From Lama guanicoe (taxonomy: Eukaryota): DNA of 64,000 bases. The notes beneath the pieces are model-generated. The model ran no database searches and was not told where the DNA came from. It saw nothing but the letters and a program-made list of their open reading frames with translations. The stretch is from positions 7,721,855-7,785,854 of the forward strand of contig MU054738.1 of the NCBI GenBank assembly GCA_013239625.1, written 5' to 3'. The translations under genes were made by a program, and so were the position numbers. Positions 34,501-45,200 of the stretch are shown in pieces (positions within the stretch are counted from its first letter, which is position 1; every line of letters begins with the position of its first letter).

Positions 34501-35112
34501 GAAGGGAGGCAGCCTCAGGTGTCGAGGCCAGGCTGGCCCATCTCACGTAAAAGCTGTGTCCTACTCTGGATGTGACCACATGTGCACATGTGTGCACCGA
34601 GGTCCCCAGAGGGGCTGGTGACACCTCCAAGAGGAGGCGGCCTTTGTCCTGCCCCAGATCCCGGGTCCCCAGAGCAGCTGCCTCAGGGCCGGTCAGGAAG
34701 GCCGCCCAGGCGCCACCCAGACCTGCTGGGTGCCCGAGCCCCCGTGCAGCGCAGAGTCTGAGAACCGCTCCCTGCCCTGGCCTCACATCGTCTGAGGCTC
34801 AGTCCTGAACGCTGGACCTTAAGCCACTTTCCTCTGAGACAGTGCTGGTCGCTTGGCAGGGGAAGGACACACCCAGGTGGGGGCAGAACAGGGCCTGAGC
34901 ACCGCAGTCCCGCCCATGCCGAGCAGGGTGTGTGCTGGGCTGCTGGGGGTTGTGCCGTCCCCTCCCTGACCCAGGCGTCCTCTCCTCTGTCCCCAGGTGG
35001 GCCGCTCGACCTCATGTCTTGCAGAGTGGTTGCTGCAGGCACGCGGGAAGTGGCGATGCTTGTGGCTCAGGCCCTCCAGACGATTAACTACGGGCGGGAT
35101 GACGAGAGGTGA
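6612..35112 (+). CDS. IMPA2: Inositol monophosphatase 2, spliced CDS join(6612..6707,15423..15556,19973..20077,22078..22123,23887..23995,33191..33299,33832..33983,34997..35112), 288 aa
   Basis: Exon lengths 96+134+105+46+109+109+152+116=867 nt, phases compatible, all GT-AG. Translation MKPSGED...DLVTETD...FIAEE...[14 protein letters not shown]...[10 protein letters not shown]...INYGRDDER contains the inositol monophosphatase metal-binding motifs (EE, DPIDGT, WD); termini match IMPA2 rather than IMPA1. Confidence 0.98.
8671..8922 (-). mobile_element. 5'-truncated L1 3' end with 17-bp target-site duplication
   Basis: T tract, then L1 3'UTR-like ttattgagttatagtca...tccctgtgctatacagta; TSD agaaaactatgcttttt at 8654-8670 and 8923-8939. 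Confidence 0.9.
8951..9400. mobile_element. hAT-Tip100-type (Zaphod/MER115-like) DNA transposon remnant
   Basis: Terminus caggggtaggtccaggttttgttgagcctga...tctttaagaaaa resembles the recalled consensus; AT-rich body. Confidence 0.5.
10788..10950. mobile_element. MER5A-like hAT-Charlie element
   Basis: gcatcagatgcccctggagggct...taggtctgg...cccaggtgatgctg...gagccactg; degenerate 8-bp TSD ccggggag/ctgggtag. Confidence 0.7.
10959..11352 (-). mobile_element. Ancient L1 (L1M/L1ME-type) ORF2-end remnant
   Basis: gtccagtttggag..aggagtgaaactgctgtgtca..ctggttttccaaggcggccgcac..tttgcatgtc..cctttttgtgtgtttactggcc follows the antisense order of the L1 ORF2 3' region. Confidence 0.65.
13025..13165. mobile_element. 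MIR SINE remnant
   Basis: gctgtggccttgggc..ctctgtgtgcctagt..ctcagagttgtcgtggggttaagtgag. Confidence 0.6.
15423..15556 (+). CDS. IMPA2: IMPA2 exon 2 ([45 protein letters not shown])
   Basis: Acceptor ctttctcttcag|, donor AG|gtgggc; DLVTETD motif. Confidence 0.97.
15965..16120. repeat. Imperfect (TG)n microsatellite
   Basis: About 155 nt of interrupted tg/tatg/tctg repeats. Confidence 0.9.
17108..17137. repeat. 10-bp tandem repeat (tttgtcccca)x3
   Basis: Read directly. Confidence 0.9.
18951..18990. repeat. Perfect inverted repeat, 19-bp arms, 2-nt spacer
   Basis: gaactgtgtcgtcttcaag-tg-cttgaagacgacacagttc. Confidence 0.95.
19973..20077 (+). CDS. IMPA2: IMPA2 exon 3 ([35 protein letters not shown])
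   Basis: Acceptor caccacag|, donor AG|gtgagt; catalytic DPIDGT motif. Confidence 0.96.
22078..22123 (+). CDS. IMPA2: IMPA2 exon 4 ([15 protein letters not shown])
   Basis: Acceptor gttctctgcag|, donor GAG|gtacgt; 46 nt restores the frame. Confidence 0.96.
23887..23995 (+). CDS. IMPA2: IMPA2 exon 5 ([36 protein letters not shown])
   Basis: Acceptor cccacag|, donor AG|gtgggc; GxGAFCNG motif. Confidence 0.97.
24194..24360 (-). mobile_element. tRNA-derived SINE (camelid Vic-1-like) with TSD
   Basis: Reverse strand ggggagggcgtagctcagggctagag...gaggtcctgggttcagtcccc (pol III A/B boxes) plus A-rich tail; TSD ggccccttct at 24184-24193 and 24361-24370. Confidence 0.85.
26880..27650 (-). mobile_element. 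Old L1/HAL1 ORF1-region remnant
   Basis: T-rich tract with gttgggaagtctga, tttccttgtaagg and aagagttttcttgaattatt motifs typical of antisense L1M/HAL1. Confidence 0.45.
28850..29020 (-). mobile_element. L1MB/L1MC-type 3' end
   Basis: ttttattgtggtaaaatata..ttgccattttaacca..ttcagtgacatt..gcaaccatcacc..aaactctgtaccc. Confidence 0.75.
29525..30274. other. Assembly gap (750 N) flanked by near-identical ~248-bp copies
   Basis: 29278-29524 matches 30275-30523 except for 2 substitutions and a 2-bp indel. Confidence 0.95.
30501..30684. repeat. GC-rich minisatellite with alternating 32/30-bp units
   Basis: gtcactgtacccgag(c/t)gcgaggg... units start at 30501, 30533, 30563, 30595 and 30625; degenerate unit at 30657. 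Confidence 0.93.
30915..31035 (-). mobile_element. L1 3' end fragment (L1MA-like)
   Basis: tttatttagttgaggtgcaactg..tattagctccaggtgca..tgtgaaatgatc..gtaagtccagttaacatcc. Confidence 0.6.
33191..33299 (+). CDS. IMPA2: IMPA2 exon 6 ([37 protein letters not shown])
   Basis: Acceptor tcctctccctcacag|, donor GG|gtatga. Confidence 0.96.
33832..33983 (+). CDS. IMPA2: IMPA2 exon 7 ([50 protein letters not shown])
   Basis: Acceptor cccccag|, donor CAG|gtgagc; WDxAAxxxIxxEAGG family signature. Confidence 0.97.
34997..35112 (+). CDS. IMPA2: IMPA2 exon 8, coding part ([38 protein letters not shown])
   Basis: Acceptor tctcctctgtccccag|; TGA at 35110-35112. Confidence 0.97.
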
Positions 35113-35412
35113 GGCCGAAGCACGGAGACGCGCCTGCCTGGACCACGCCTTCCCCGGACGCTGGGAGGCTCGGGCCTCGTCAGCCTGGGGCAGCCGCGGC
35201 GCCCGGCGCCCGTCTCTCCCGGGGTCGGGCTGGGCTGCGTGCTCTCTCATCTCACGGAGCCTTTTTCAGGTCTCACTGGACGCATGTGTTGATAACATGC
35301 AGTCTTGACTTTTTTCCAGAATGCAAATCTCAGGTAGTCAGGCTTTAGAACTGCCGTTAAGTAGCCAGTGCTCAGCGCCGCCGCCCCGCCCCCGTCCCTG
35401 CCACGGTCACAC

Positions 35413-35418
35413 AATAAA
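35413..35418 (+). terminator. IMPA2: IMPA2 polyadenylation signal AATAAA
   Basis: First AATAAA, about 300 nt after the stop, followed by a GT-rich tract (gttgtgtttcc) near 35458-35469. Confidence 0.75.
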
Positions 35419-36904
35419 CCAAATAGTGACGCTCTGCCCGGTTTCCCTCTACGTGCACGTTGTGTTTCCCCAAACCGCCCCTTTAGGGAGCTTGCGTGTT
35501 ACAGCCCGAAGCCAACGTGTCTGCTGTGTCCACCACCTCTGATGGCACTGTTGAAGTGACTTTGGTAATTACCGTGTTAGTATTTAAAATCCAAGACACA
35601 GCTCAGAGGGGGGAGAAAAACTCACCAAAACCAAGCCTCGAAAATGCTGCTTTTGTGATCAGTTTCGTAAGAATAGCTCTCCTGCGGACGTTCACTGAGT
35701 GGCCAGGAGTCTTTTCTGAAGTTTAAGAATTGAGAAAGCCAGTCTTAAGACAGGAGATTCCAGCCCTGCTTAACCTTCTCCCTCGTGTTCCTAATTTGCC
35801 GACAACAGTAATTAGAATTACGAAGTGCTTGGAGGCACCCAGCTTCTGCCCTCCCGGCTCCTAAACTCCGGGGGTTGGCTCCTACGATGACCTGGGCATT
35901 CTCACTGGGCCGTGCCCCCGGGGAGCCCCGCGAGCCTGGAGGGGCCCCTCTTTCCTCTCGGAGGCTGCTGGGCCCCAGCACTCGTCACAGTTGACTGTCC
36001 CACGCCATCCGCCCCCCTCAGGGCAGGTGCACACAGGGCTGGCTCACACACGTAGCAGACCCCAGGGGCTCCCAGAGGACTACCCCCCCCCGAGTAAATT
36101 ACCCGGTGCCTTGCCTCCACTTCCCCTGGGGTCACGAGTGGATACATTCGCTGTCTTTAGGAAGGAGTTTCCTTTTCTGATCTGAATGGGGTGCCTCGTG
36201 AACCCCCAAAGGCACGCAGGTCCGAGGCCTAGACACGTGAGGACTGGGGTCTCCTCTGGGCCTAAGGAGTCTGACACCACCCCATGCACGTGGGCCCACC
36301 TGGCACCCACAGAAGCCCTCAGACTGCGTGCGGGGGGGCCTTGGTGGCCACATGCTGCCCCCGCTGCCCCTGGGGCCTTGAGTCTCCCCTGCCCCGCCAG
36401 CCAGTGTCCAGCCCCGCGATGACCCCTGGTGTAGGCACAGTGTCCTCCGGCAACCACCCCCACACCAGGGTCCTTCAGCGAATTGGGATGTCCGCCTTTC
36501 CTGGACAAAGCGTGTCCCTGACGACGTCCACCCTCTGATTCTCACCTGCCACAGCACCGCTGTCCCGGCCATTGGGCTGTGGAGACACACATAGGACGGT
36601 GTTTTGTCTGAGCTGCGTTTCACCTCGTCACCTTTAGCCCGGGGCTGCAGCCCATCGGGGCCTGGGGGCTCCCATCTTTCTTCTAGCTTGAGGACAGTCT
36701 CTGGACAGGGATGTGGGCTGGGGTCATGACCAGCACAATCCCCCAGCACCGCCTCCCAGAACTTGCAGTCTCTGGGGACCCCACTCCCCGCCCTGGGGTG
36801 GCCGTTCGTGCCGCTTGTGAGCACGTCTGATGGTAGCACCGGCGGCCACAGGGCTGTGTGGGCTCTCGCCACCTGTCTCGTGGGAGTCTGGAGTCACCGT
36901 GCCA

Positions 36905-37110
36905 TGCTGTGCTGATGCCCCAGCCGCTAGCCTCACATGGCTGCGAGAGCTAAAGTAACTGAGAGCAACATACATTTAAAACTCAGTTCCTTGGTTGCAC
37001 AAGCCACGCTCCACGTGCTCAGGACCACGTGTGGTTCTGGCTGCCGCGCTGGGCGGTGCAGATAAAGCACAGGTGTTCCCACCACCTCGGCGTCTGATTG
37101 CTGCCCAGAG
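36905..37110. mobile_element. MER3/MER33-like hAT-Charlie element
   Basis: agccgctagcctcacatggct..aaaactcagttccttggttgcacaagccacgctccacgtgctca..ccacgtgtgg..gcagataaagcac. Confidence 0.65.
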
Positions 37111-40100
37111 ATATGCTTTCATCGTCTGCTTGGAAATACGGATTATTTTATGTCTAGCCCTCCAGCCTGTGTTTTGTGGAATCTGCATTTTTCCCTGGTG
37201 TCTGGACACCAGAGCGGTGCTTGTCAGTCTCCAGTCCCCAAGGCTCCCAGTGGTCTTGGCCACCATGCTTAACTTGCTTGGGGCGTGGAGCCGGGTTGAG
37301 AGGCCCAAGTGGGGCTGGAGCTAGGACAGCTATGAGCCGTGTTATCAGGAAGGTGGAACCAGGTTAGAGTCCTGGAGCTGCAGGCGATGCCCTGAGTCTG
37401 TGATTAGGACAGCTTTAGAGGGAAAGTGGCAGGGATGGGCTGTGCCTTGGTCGTGGTGGGGCTGGGAGAGTGGCTGTGGGTTGGGGGGTAGCCCCAGGTC
37501 TTCTCTAGAACTGGCTGGAAGGCCTGGCTCTTACCCCATTGGATGTTTCCACCACCAGGAGGCCGGCGGTCGGCTGCACAGATGGGCTCTGACTCAAGCT
37601 TCCTCTTCCCTGGCCTCAGGGGCGGCCTGGGGTGTTTGCCGAGAGCCTGCCTGCATGGAGGCTCCTGCGTGCCAGCTCCTCTCCAGGTCCAGGACCTCCA
37701 GTGTCCAAACTTCCTTCCCCTAGATGACCGAGAGCCAGGGCCACGCACGTGCCCGGCTGCGTGTCCTGGAGGAAACTGGAGACATCCAGTTGGATCACAG
37801 TGCAGGGCAGCCAGCACAGCCACTGTTCTGCACCCGAGCTTCAGGGCAGCCTCAGAAAACAGCTGCTGTGGCCTCCCTCAGTATTCGCATTCAAGCATGT
37901 GACACGCACTGGTCTTCATGGTTTAGTCTTTGTGGGGGTGAGGCCTAAATGGAGCAGACTTTCAAAAGTCTAAACTGAGAACCAGATCAATGGCTGAAAG
38001 CTCAAGTGATCTCCAGAAGCCCCAGGCACTTTGCACCAGCACCTGGGTTCTCCGTGGATGGTGGGAAGGGCAGCCCCTCCCCCACAGGTGACCTGGAGCT
38101 ACTGACACAGCCTCTCTGGGCCTCCCTGTGGACGGGTAGAGACGTGCTCCTCCTGGGTCAGACAGTGTGTGTACACACATGTGCACCTCACAGACGTGCC
38201 ACAGGAAGACTGTGGGAGTGGGGACAGAGAGAGGAAAGGGCCCCCAGGCAGAAGAGAGGATTCCACGGGGCAGTGTCCCCATCCACTAGCCGTGCAGGAG
38301 GTCATCGTCTTCAGAAGGAAAATGGTAATTCTGTGGGGCTCTGACAATGCCTCCAACTGAACAGGGGGGTCTTGGGGGCGCAATCACCTGGTAATGATCA
38401 CCCAGTCCCTGGCCTACAGGGTCTCTGACACATTCCCCACTAGGGAAGCGATGGTACCAGTTAATTAACTCCCTTCTACCGCTGGGAGGAGGCTGAGTGA
38501 GGCCGTGAGTAGCTCAGGGCAGGGGGGATGTGACCTCACCGCCATTCCCTGGGTCCAGACAGCCAGTGGGCTGCGGATGAGGCCTAGCTCCACTGGGCCT
38601 GCCCCCGGCTCCTCCGTGTCCCCTGGGGTGGCCTCACTTTCACCCCCAAGTGCACACTGGTGCCTGGACAAGATCCACCAGAAACCATCTCAAGACAGGT
38701 TCGGAGGACGCAGTGCCCTTTCATCCTTGCTCTGGGTTTTGGTCTCGAACCATTGCTGCAAGAAGTGGCTCCATGTGCTGACATCTGGTTCTCCACGTCT
38801 CTGCGGGACGGTCCCAGGATGGCCCAGGACCCCTGCCCCGCCCTCACGGAGGCCCCACCTGGCCCAGGTGGCCAAGTCTGCAGCCTCTCCACCGTGGAAA
38901 AGCAAGTCTCCCTAGGAGACCAATAGCGTGAAGTCACACACACGGCGGGAGCACACTTTTTCTTGCTCAGTTTTTTAACAACAAAAACTGGAAAGCCCTT
39001 ACCACGCGCTGCTGTCAAGACCTGTCTCCGTGGCCACGTCCCTGCAGAGTCGGCCGTTAGACCCACAGAGAGAGAGCATTTCCTCCAGGCGGGGCGGCCA
39101 GCAACGAGGCCCCAGAAACAGTCGTGGTCAGTAGCTGTGGTGAAGGGCCACTCAGGGCCAGCACAACAGATGAAGGTCACCGGGCCTAAGAACCTCGCGA
39201 GAGACTCTGTGATTTGTGGCACAGACCGCTAGGCACTTGAAGACACCTGAGCACATCCCGATTTGCAGAAAGGTGGGGCGCGCAGCAGGCCCTGGGCAAA
39301 CACCTGTCGAATTAAATGAGCATATCTGGAGGCAAGTCCTGGACAGGTACAAAGGAAGTAAAATAGACATCTTGGTAAAGACGTAGTCCAAACGCAGCTA
39401 GCACCTGGAGGCGAGGGGTAGGGACAACACTGAAGACCCAAGGCACGATCCACAACTATGGAACCTGGGAAGCAGCTCCTCCCTAGTAAGGACCACGGCT
39501 TCGCAGAGTTGAACTTAAAAGCACAGAGCATCTGAAGGCGGGGCCTTCTCCTGAGGCAGTGGGAGGACCTGACGGGAAGGAGCCACCTGGAGCCGTGGCT
39601 GGAGGGCAGGTGAGGGCAGGTGCGTCCCAGTTTGTCTGTGGACCTGGAGGAAGTGGTGTTTGCGGTGGGAGCCGAGTTCCCAGCCCCCAGCCTCACAACA
39701 TGCAGCGCCCCTGAGAGGGATCGCGGCGCCCCCAGACTTGGGAGGCGTTGCGCCAGGACCCACGAGGCCGGAGCTGCCTTGGGCGTGTGTGGGGCCTGTG
39801 AAGAGGACAAAGCTGCTCCTCTCCAGAGCTCGCAAACCAACAGACATCCCCAGTGGTGTCCCCCGGTTGCCCATGGACAGCCTTGGCTGGGGAGTTTATT
39901 GCAAAACACAGAATCCGAAATGAGGGGAGAGAGACGGGGAAAGAGGGCAGACAGCAGGCAGAGCAGACCGATGCCCAGCGGCCAGGTCTCAGGCCAGAGT
40001 GGGGCTCATTTATGGGCACCTCGCTGCTGGCGGCAGGTCCCTCTCCCGGGGGGTGGCGGCCACGTGAGTTGGAGGTGGGGCTGGGCCTGCAGTCAGGGTG

Positions 40101-43100
40101 GGAAGCCACCACTCCTGGTGGTCCAGAGGGCTCGTCCCTGGGCACATAGCACGACCGTTGCTGTCTCTTGGCTCAGAATAACCTCCAACTGTGTTTCTTC
40201 GTAGTCTTTGAGAAAGGCCCAGGTTTCTGCTCACTCGGTCGCTGCGTGGATGTCATTCTGTTACCGCACCGGCTTCAACAAATTTCTGGTCAGCAGCAAG
40301 GCCAATGTAGCAAAGGAAGGGAAAGGTGACAAATCAGACAGTCTGGCCACCCTGGTTCTATATTTTTAAGAAACATGATGCCCTGTCTGCACCAGTGTTC
40401 ACAGCAGCACTGTTCTTCCTATTTTGACAATATTTATTGACCGACTCGGCGGACCCATATACCAAACAAGGGTCAAAATTGCAAATTTAATAGGAAAAAA
40501 AGTGGAGGGGCTTAGGAAGCCAATAATAATTAGGGTACGTTTCGCTTAAAAGCGGAAAATACTGCGTGCAGTGTGTCACTAGTGAATGCAGCTTGTGGAC
40601 CACTGGTGCCCGCTTTCCTTCCCTCCTTGAAGTGCTTATCTGTTCGCATGAGCCCTGGGATTCCACTGTTGCAAATCGGCTTTGGTTATAAAGAGGCACG
40701 TGAGAGCTGCCTGCCTCCAGGCTGGTCCCAGGTGTTCCAGTAAAGAGGCAAAAAGGATCCAGGCCCATTGACACAATTTCCTTTTTTCTCTAAGCTGCCC
40801 TCTTTCTGAATTCTTGGTCACTGAATCCAGACACATCATTTCACGACTGTGCTTACTAATTCACAAAGTGAGAGCTGGAAACATATGCCCCATTGATTGC
40901 TCTAATATAAATCCTGCTGCGCGGTCAAAACCTTCCCTTTCACACAAGTCCTTTGGGTCCTGGCCCTGGTGCTGCAGGCAGAGCTTGGGCTGCCCCACCC
41001 CGGAAGCAAGCAGTGTCTGTCCTAAGAGTATGACCAACCCTGGAACAAAGGTGCTGGAGGCTGAGCCCTGCCGTGGTCCTCCTAGGGGCACCCCCGAGTC
41101 CCAGGAAGTGCAGGATACAAGGTGTGTGCAGCCTCCTCGCCCACCAGGCCCCAGACACTGAACTTTGCCAAGGAAGAGGAAGGCAGTGTCCAGTCGGGGC
41201 TACCCAGCTGGGCAGGTCAGAGGAGGGACAGCCGCGCAGAGTGGAAGTGGAGGTGCCAGGGACAGCAGGGGTGCACGCTCCAGGCAGCCTGTTGCGCATG
41301 TCTCTCCGCGAAGCCTCGGGCAGACTGGGTAGATTGTCCAGGGTCTCACCCCAGGCAGTAGCAGGGCCAGCACTCAGGTCCAGCTCTCCCACACACACCC
41401 CGGTGCACCCTCCACCCCTCCTGGCTGTGGTTATTCTGTGTGTGGAATTTCCAGCCTCCCCGACACCCCTTCCTCACCACGGGACTGATGCCCTGACCAT
41501 AGCCCTGCTGTCCTGACTATGATCACCCCCCCATCAGACCTCTATTCCTCCTTCCTAAGCGTGATTCCTGATCTCCTGCTGGAAAAGACAGCTTAATCGA
41601 CCACAGTGCTCCCCAATTTTGTGAAAATTCACCTCGAATTGTTATTACTCTGCTCATGACCAAGGCATAATCCTGCGTGTTTGTGACATGGTCTCAGAGG
41701 CACTGGAACCCAGACGTGCTCTGGTGGATGTGTGGTGCCCAGGCCAGACCTCATGTACAAGCCCCCATCACACCTTCCACACCTGCCCCCAGGAGACTGA
41801 GTTTTCCCATCAGAACCACGCTCCTGAGATTCGCAAAGGCTTCCCTCCATCCATATGCTTCTGCTCCCCCCACCACCGCCCTCCGTGCCTCTGACATCTA
41901 ACCTGGGCTGCACTGGAACAGGGCCCGTGCTGAGCAGAGATGTGGTAAGTGATGCCGAGGGAGAATGTGGGGAGGGGGGTGGCTGTGCCGGCCAGGCCCC
42001 GCCGCCCCACCACCCTGCACCTCACACCTCCTTCTCCAGCTTCTTGGCGGCCACGCCCTTCAGAGCACAGTGCCCCCACTGCCCTCTGCCCTCTCTACAC
42101 ACCTGCTCATGTGTCACAGATGCCACTGGTGCAGCAGGGTGGCCAGCCTGACTTTCTGCCCGTCCTCACAGAGTGTGGCCCCTGGGCCCACGTCCTCCCC
42201 CACGTCCCCGTCCAGTGTGTCCCCAGACCCACGGGGTTCAGTATAATCTCAGCCTCAGCTATGGACGTGCTCCCCTCCTGTGTTTCTCACTCGGGGCACC
42301 AGCCAGACTGGGCATCGCCTCCAGCTGCTCCCTTCGTGTTCCTCACCATGTCCAGCAAGATGCTCCTGCCCCCACCATGCCCACTATCAGCCCAGGTCAC
42401 CCCCGACATTACCCAAGGGCTGCCCTGGGCCAGTCCAGCCTCTGGGCCACCTCAGACTGTCCTCTCAAATCTGCGTCTGAGCACATCACCCCCATCTCTG
42501 CTGGGACCCACTGAGCGCTCAGGGCTGTGCAGACTCTCCCCGGGGAACTCCCGTGCCCCTCAGCCCCCAAACACCCACAGGACTGCCTGGTACAACGCTC
42601 CCGTCCCACTGGGCATCTGCCCTTCCCGAACCTTCCTGAAACTGACCCGCACACCACTGCCTCACCCATCCTCCAAACCCCAGTCCCAGTGTCCTCTAGG
42701 GGCACCTTTGGGCAGAATTCATTCCTTTGTTCCCTTTGCTGTTGGCCCTCGTGTGTCCCTGCGGACACAGCACCTCGTTCACTCACCCATCCATCCATCC
42801 ATTCACGGATGAGCCTGCACTCCGAGAGGCCCGAAACGGGTAAGTTACTCACACCTGCCGCCCTGGCTGGTTACAGCCCGTGCCAGGCTCCAGGATGAGC
42901 TGATACACTTGTATGTCTGTCCTCCACGGACGGTGCCGTGTGTGTGAGCCGTCATGATCTGACGGGCTGGGAGCCGGACTGCAGGCCCGGCCGTTCGTGG
43001 AGATCACTTAGGAAAGACGACGTCACCGAGGTAAGGACGGCCATGTTCCTGCTTCCTCAGAGTTGCATGTCGAAGGGTTTCAAAGAAAGGAGTTCAACTA

Positions 43101-43339
43101 AAACTGCAGATGAAACCCAGCACATGTGTCAGAGCACTAAGGGAGACTGGGGCCCGGCACGAGGTGTGACGGTGCTGGCGTCGTGCTCCTGTTCTGCGTC
43201 TTCATACTTGAACATGTACACAATAGAAAAATATCTTCAAAGGTGAGTTGACTCGAATTGACTGGACTGGTTTTCTCCTCTGAAACTGGGGGTGTGTCTT
43301 GGGGGGTGGGCTCTGACAGGATGCGGAGACTGGAAAGCC

Positions 43340-43575
43340 GAGAGGAGGCACCATCGGGCTGTCCTGGGGACGCCCTGGGGTGGCCTCTTCCTGGTCCACA
43401 GCTGGCCATCCTCTTGCTACAGAGGGAGCTCCCCGAGGTCTCTTTTATAGGCGTTAACCCCATCATGTGGGCTCCACCCTTGAAACCCAAGCACCTCCCA
43501 AAGGCACCACCTTCCAACGGGTCCACACTGGGATTTAGGGTTTCAGCATATGAATGGGAGAAGTGGGGGGGTGTG
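43340..43575. mobile_element. MaLR LTR (MLT1A/MST-like)
   Basis: tcttttata..ccccatcatgtgggctccaccct..cacctcccaaaggcaccacct..agggtttcagcatatgaat. Confidence 0.75.
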
Positions 43576-44239
43576 GGAGAGGGGCCGTAAAATCCCCTAA
43601 GGGCCAGGCTGCTTCCCGCCTCCCGCCTCCTGTGCCCTGGGCAGGAACCCCCTGTGCCCTGGGTTGGGGAGCTCCTGGCAGACCCTGGGGAGTCCAGGAC
43701 TCTGGAAGGAAATCTCTCTTGGCTCCAAGACTCATCTGGCTGGTACCAGTGACCCTCGGGGGAAGACGTGATTGTTTCTGTGATTGGAAGGAGGAGGCGG
43801 GCAGCAGGGCCAGCTGTGCTGGTCAGGCAAGTCAGGACGGAGGCGTAGGTCAGGCTACAGCTCTTTGGAAACACAGCTCCCAGTAGGGCCCCCCGCAGCT
43901 GATAACTGGAGAGCGGATCACCGACCACTGTGGAGTGCAGGACCGCACGCTGGCCAGGCGTGTTTTAACCTGCCCGGATTGGGGGATGCCCCGCTCCTTA
44001 ACATGCTCAAGAGAGTCTGCGTCAAGTTCACAATTAAGAGTTTCATTCAGCCCCTGACAGCCCCCGCCCTTCTGAGGTCGGAAACACACCGAACTGCATC
44101 TTCCCATAGGGAGGTTTGTGCAAGCAGGACCTGGGTAGGTCCCACGGCCTCTCGCCCTCCTCACTCTGAGAAAGCCGGGTCCCTGTAGCTGAAGGATTGT
44201 CAGTGAACCCCTCGGGTCCTTCCCCAACCCTTACCCCGT

Positions 44240-45200
44240 TCCCAGAGCCCCTGAGCGCTGCTAGACAGCCCGTCGGGGAGCCGCTGGGGGGCCTGCGCGC
44301 ATCCCGGCCTCACTGCCCCCCTGAACCCCCGGTTTAAAGCCACACACCGCCGTTCTTCAGCCGAGGCCATCTGCTGGGGTGATGATGCCCGACTGCCCCA
44401 GCCTCCAACAGGCCGACCAGCCACCACCGAGGGCCCGCAGAGCATCGGGGCCGGGTGGTGGGGACGCTGGCTCGTCCTGGGCCGCTGGAGCCCGAGGGGC
44501 GCGGGGGCGGGCGGGGCGGGCGGGGCGGGCGGCGGCGCTTTAAGAGGCGGCGCGCGCGCGAGGAGGCNNNNNNNNNNNNNNNNNNNNNNNNNNNNNNNNN
44601 NNNNNNNNNNNNNNNNNNNNNNNNNNNNNNNNNNNNNNNNNNCCCCCGCGCCCCAACGCGCCCCGCCACTCCCGGGGCCCGGCGTCCCCGCGTCCCCTGC
44701 GCCCCCCCGCCCCGGCCCGAGCCCTCCGCCAGCTGGCCGCCCGCGCCAGGTGTGGCTCCTGAGGTGTGCGGGCGTCCGCGGAACAGGTGACCGTGATGAG
44801 CAGGAGCCGGCGCTTCTCTGCCGCTGCGGCCTGTGGACGCGACAGCCCCGCGGCGCGCGGGGACCGGCTTCTCGGGGTCCTGGACCGCGGGGCGGGGGGT
44901 GCTGGGGCGAGGGGAGGGGTGCTGGTGGGGAAGCTGGGCGGCCTCGGGGCCACCAGATCAGATCACCCCTCAGGGCAGCGCAGAAGGGCCGACCGGGCGC
45001 GCTGGCTGGGCCCCCGGGCTTGTAAGGCGGGACTTGGGGGAAGGTGGTGACGCTGCCCGGACCGGGGTGCGAGACAGAGGGGCCCGCGGACCCCGCCCCC
45101 TCCTCGCCCCTCCACGCCGCGAGACCGTGAGAAGGCCCAGAATCGCCTTTTCCCCTCCTGGGTTCGTCTTCGCATCGCAAACCAATCTGAACCGTGAAGT
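44240..45200. promoter_or_regulatory. CIDEA: CpG island promoter of CIDEA with tandem GC boxes (about 44496-44537) and TATA-like TTTAAGA (44539-44545)
   Basis: Dense CpG, repeated ggggcgggc Sp1-type boxes, TATA-like element just before the N gap; the densest CpG island upstream of CIDEA exon 2. Confidence 0.8.
44568..44642 (+). other. CIDEA: Assembly gap; inferred location of CIDEA exon 1 (start codon and about 38 coding nt)
   Basis: Exon 2 starts in phase 2, so it needs an upstream coding exon. No ME(A/T)ARDYAGALIR-type sequence is visible elsewhere, and the gap starts about 23 nt after the TATA-like box. Inference only. Confidence 0.7.

Noticed and set aside
35190-35240. GC-rich stem-loop in the IMPA2 3'UTR
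   Set aside because: Pairing is possible but unremarkable at this GC content; no SECIS or IRE motif recognised.
41949-42812. 287-aa ORF between IMPA2 and CIDEA
   Set aside because: Low-complexity Pro/Ser-rich translation, non-ATG start, no recognisable homology; sequence looks like decayed L2-type repeat.
44200-45180. 326-aa antisense ORF at the CIDEA promoter
   Set aside because: CpG-island artefact that also runs through an N gap.
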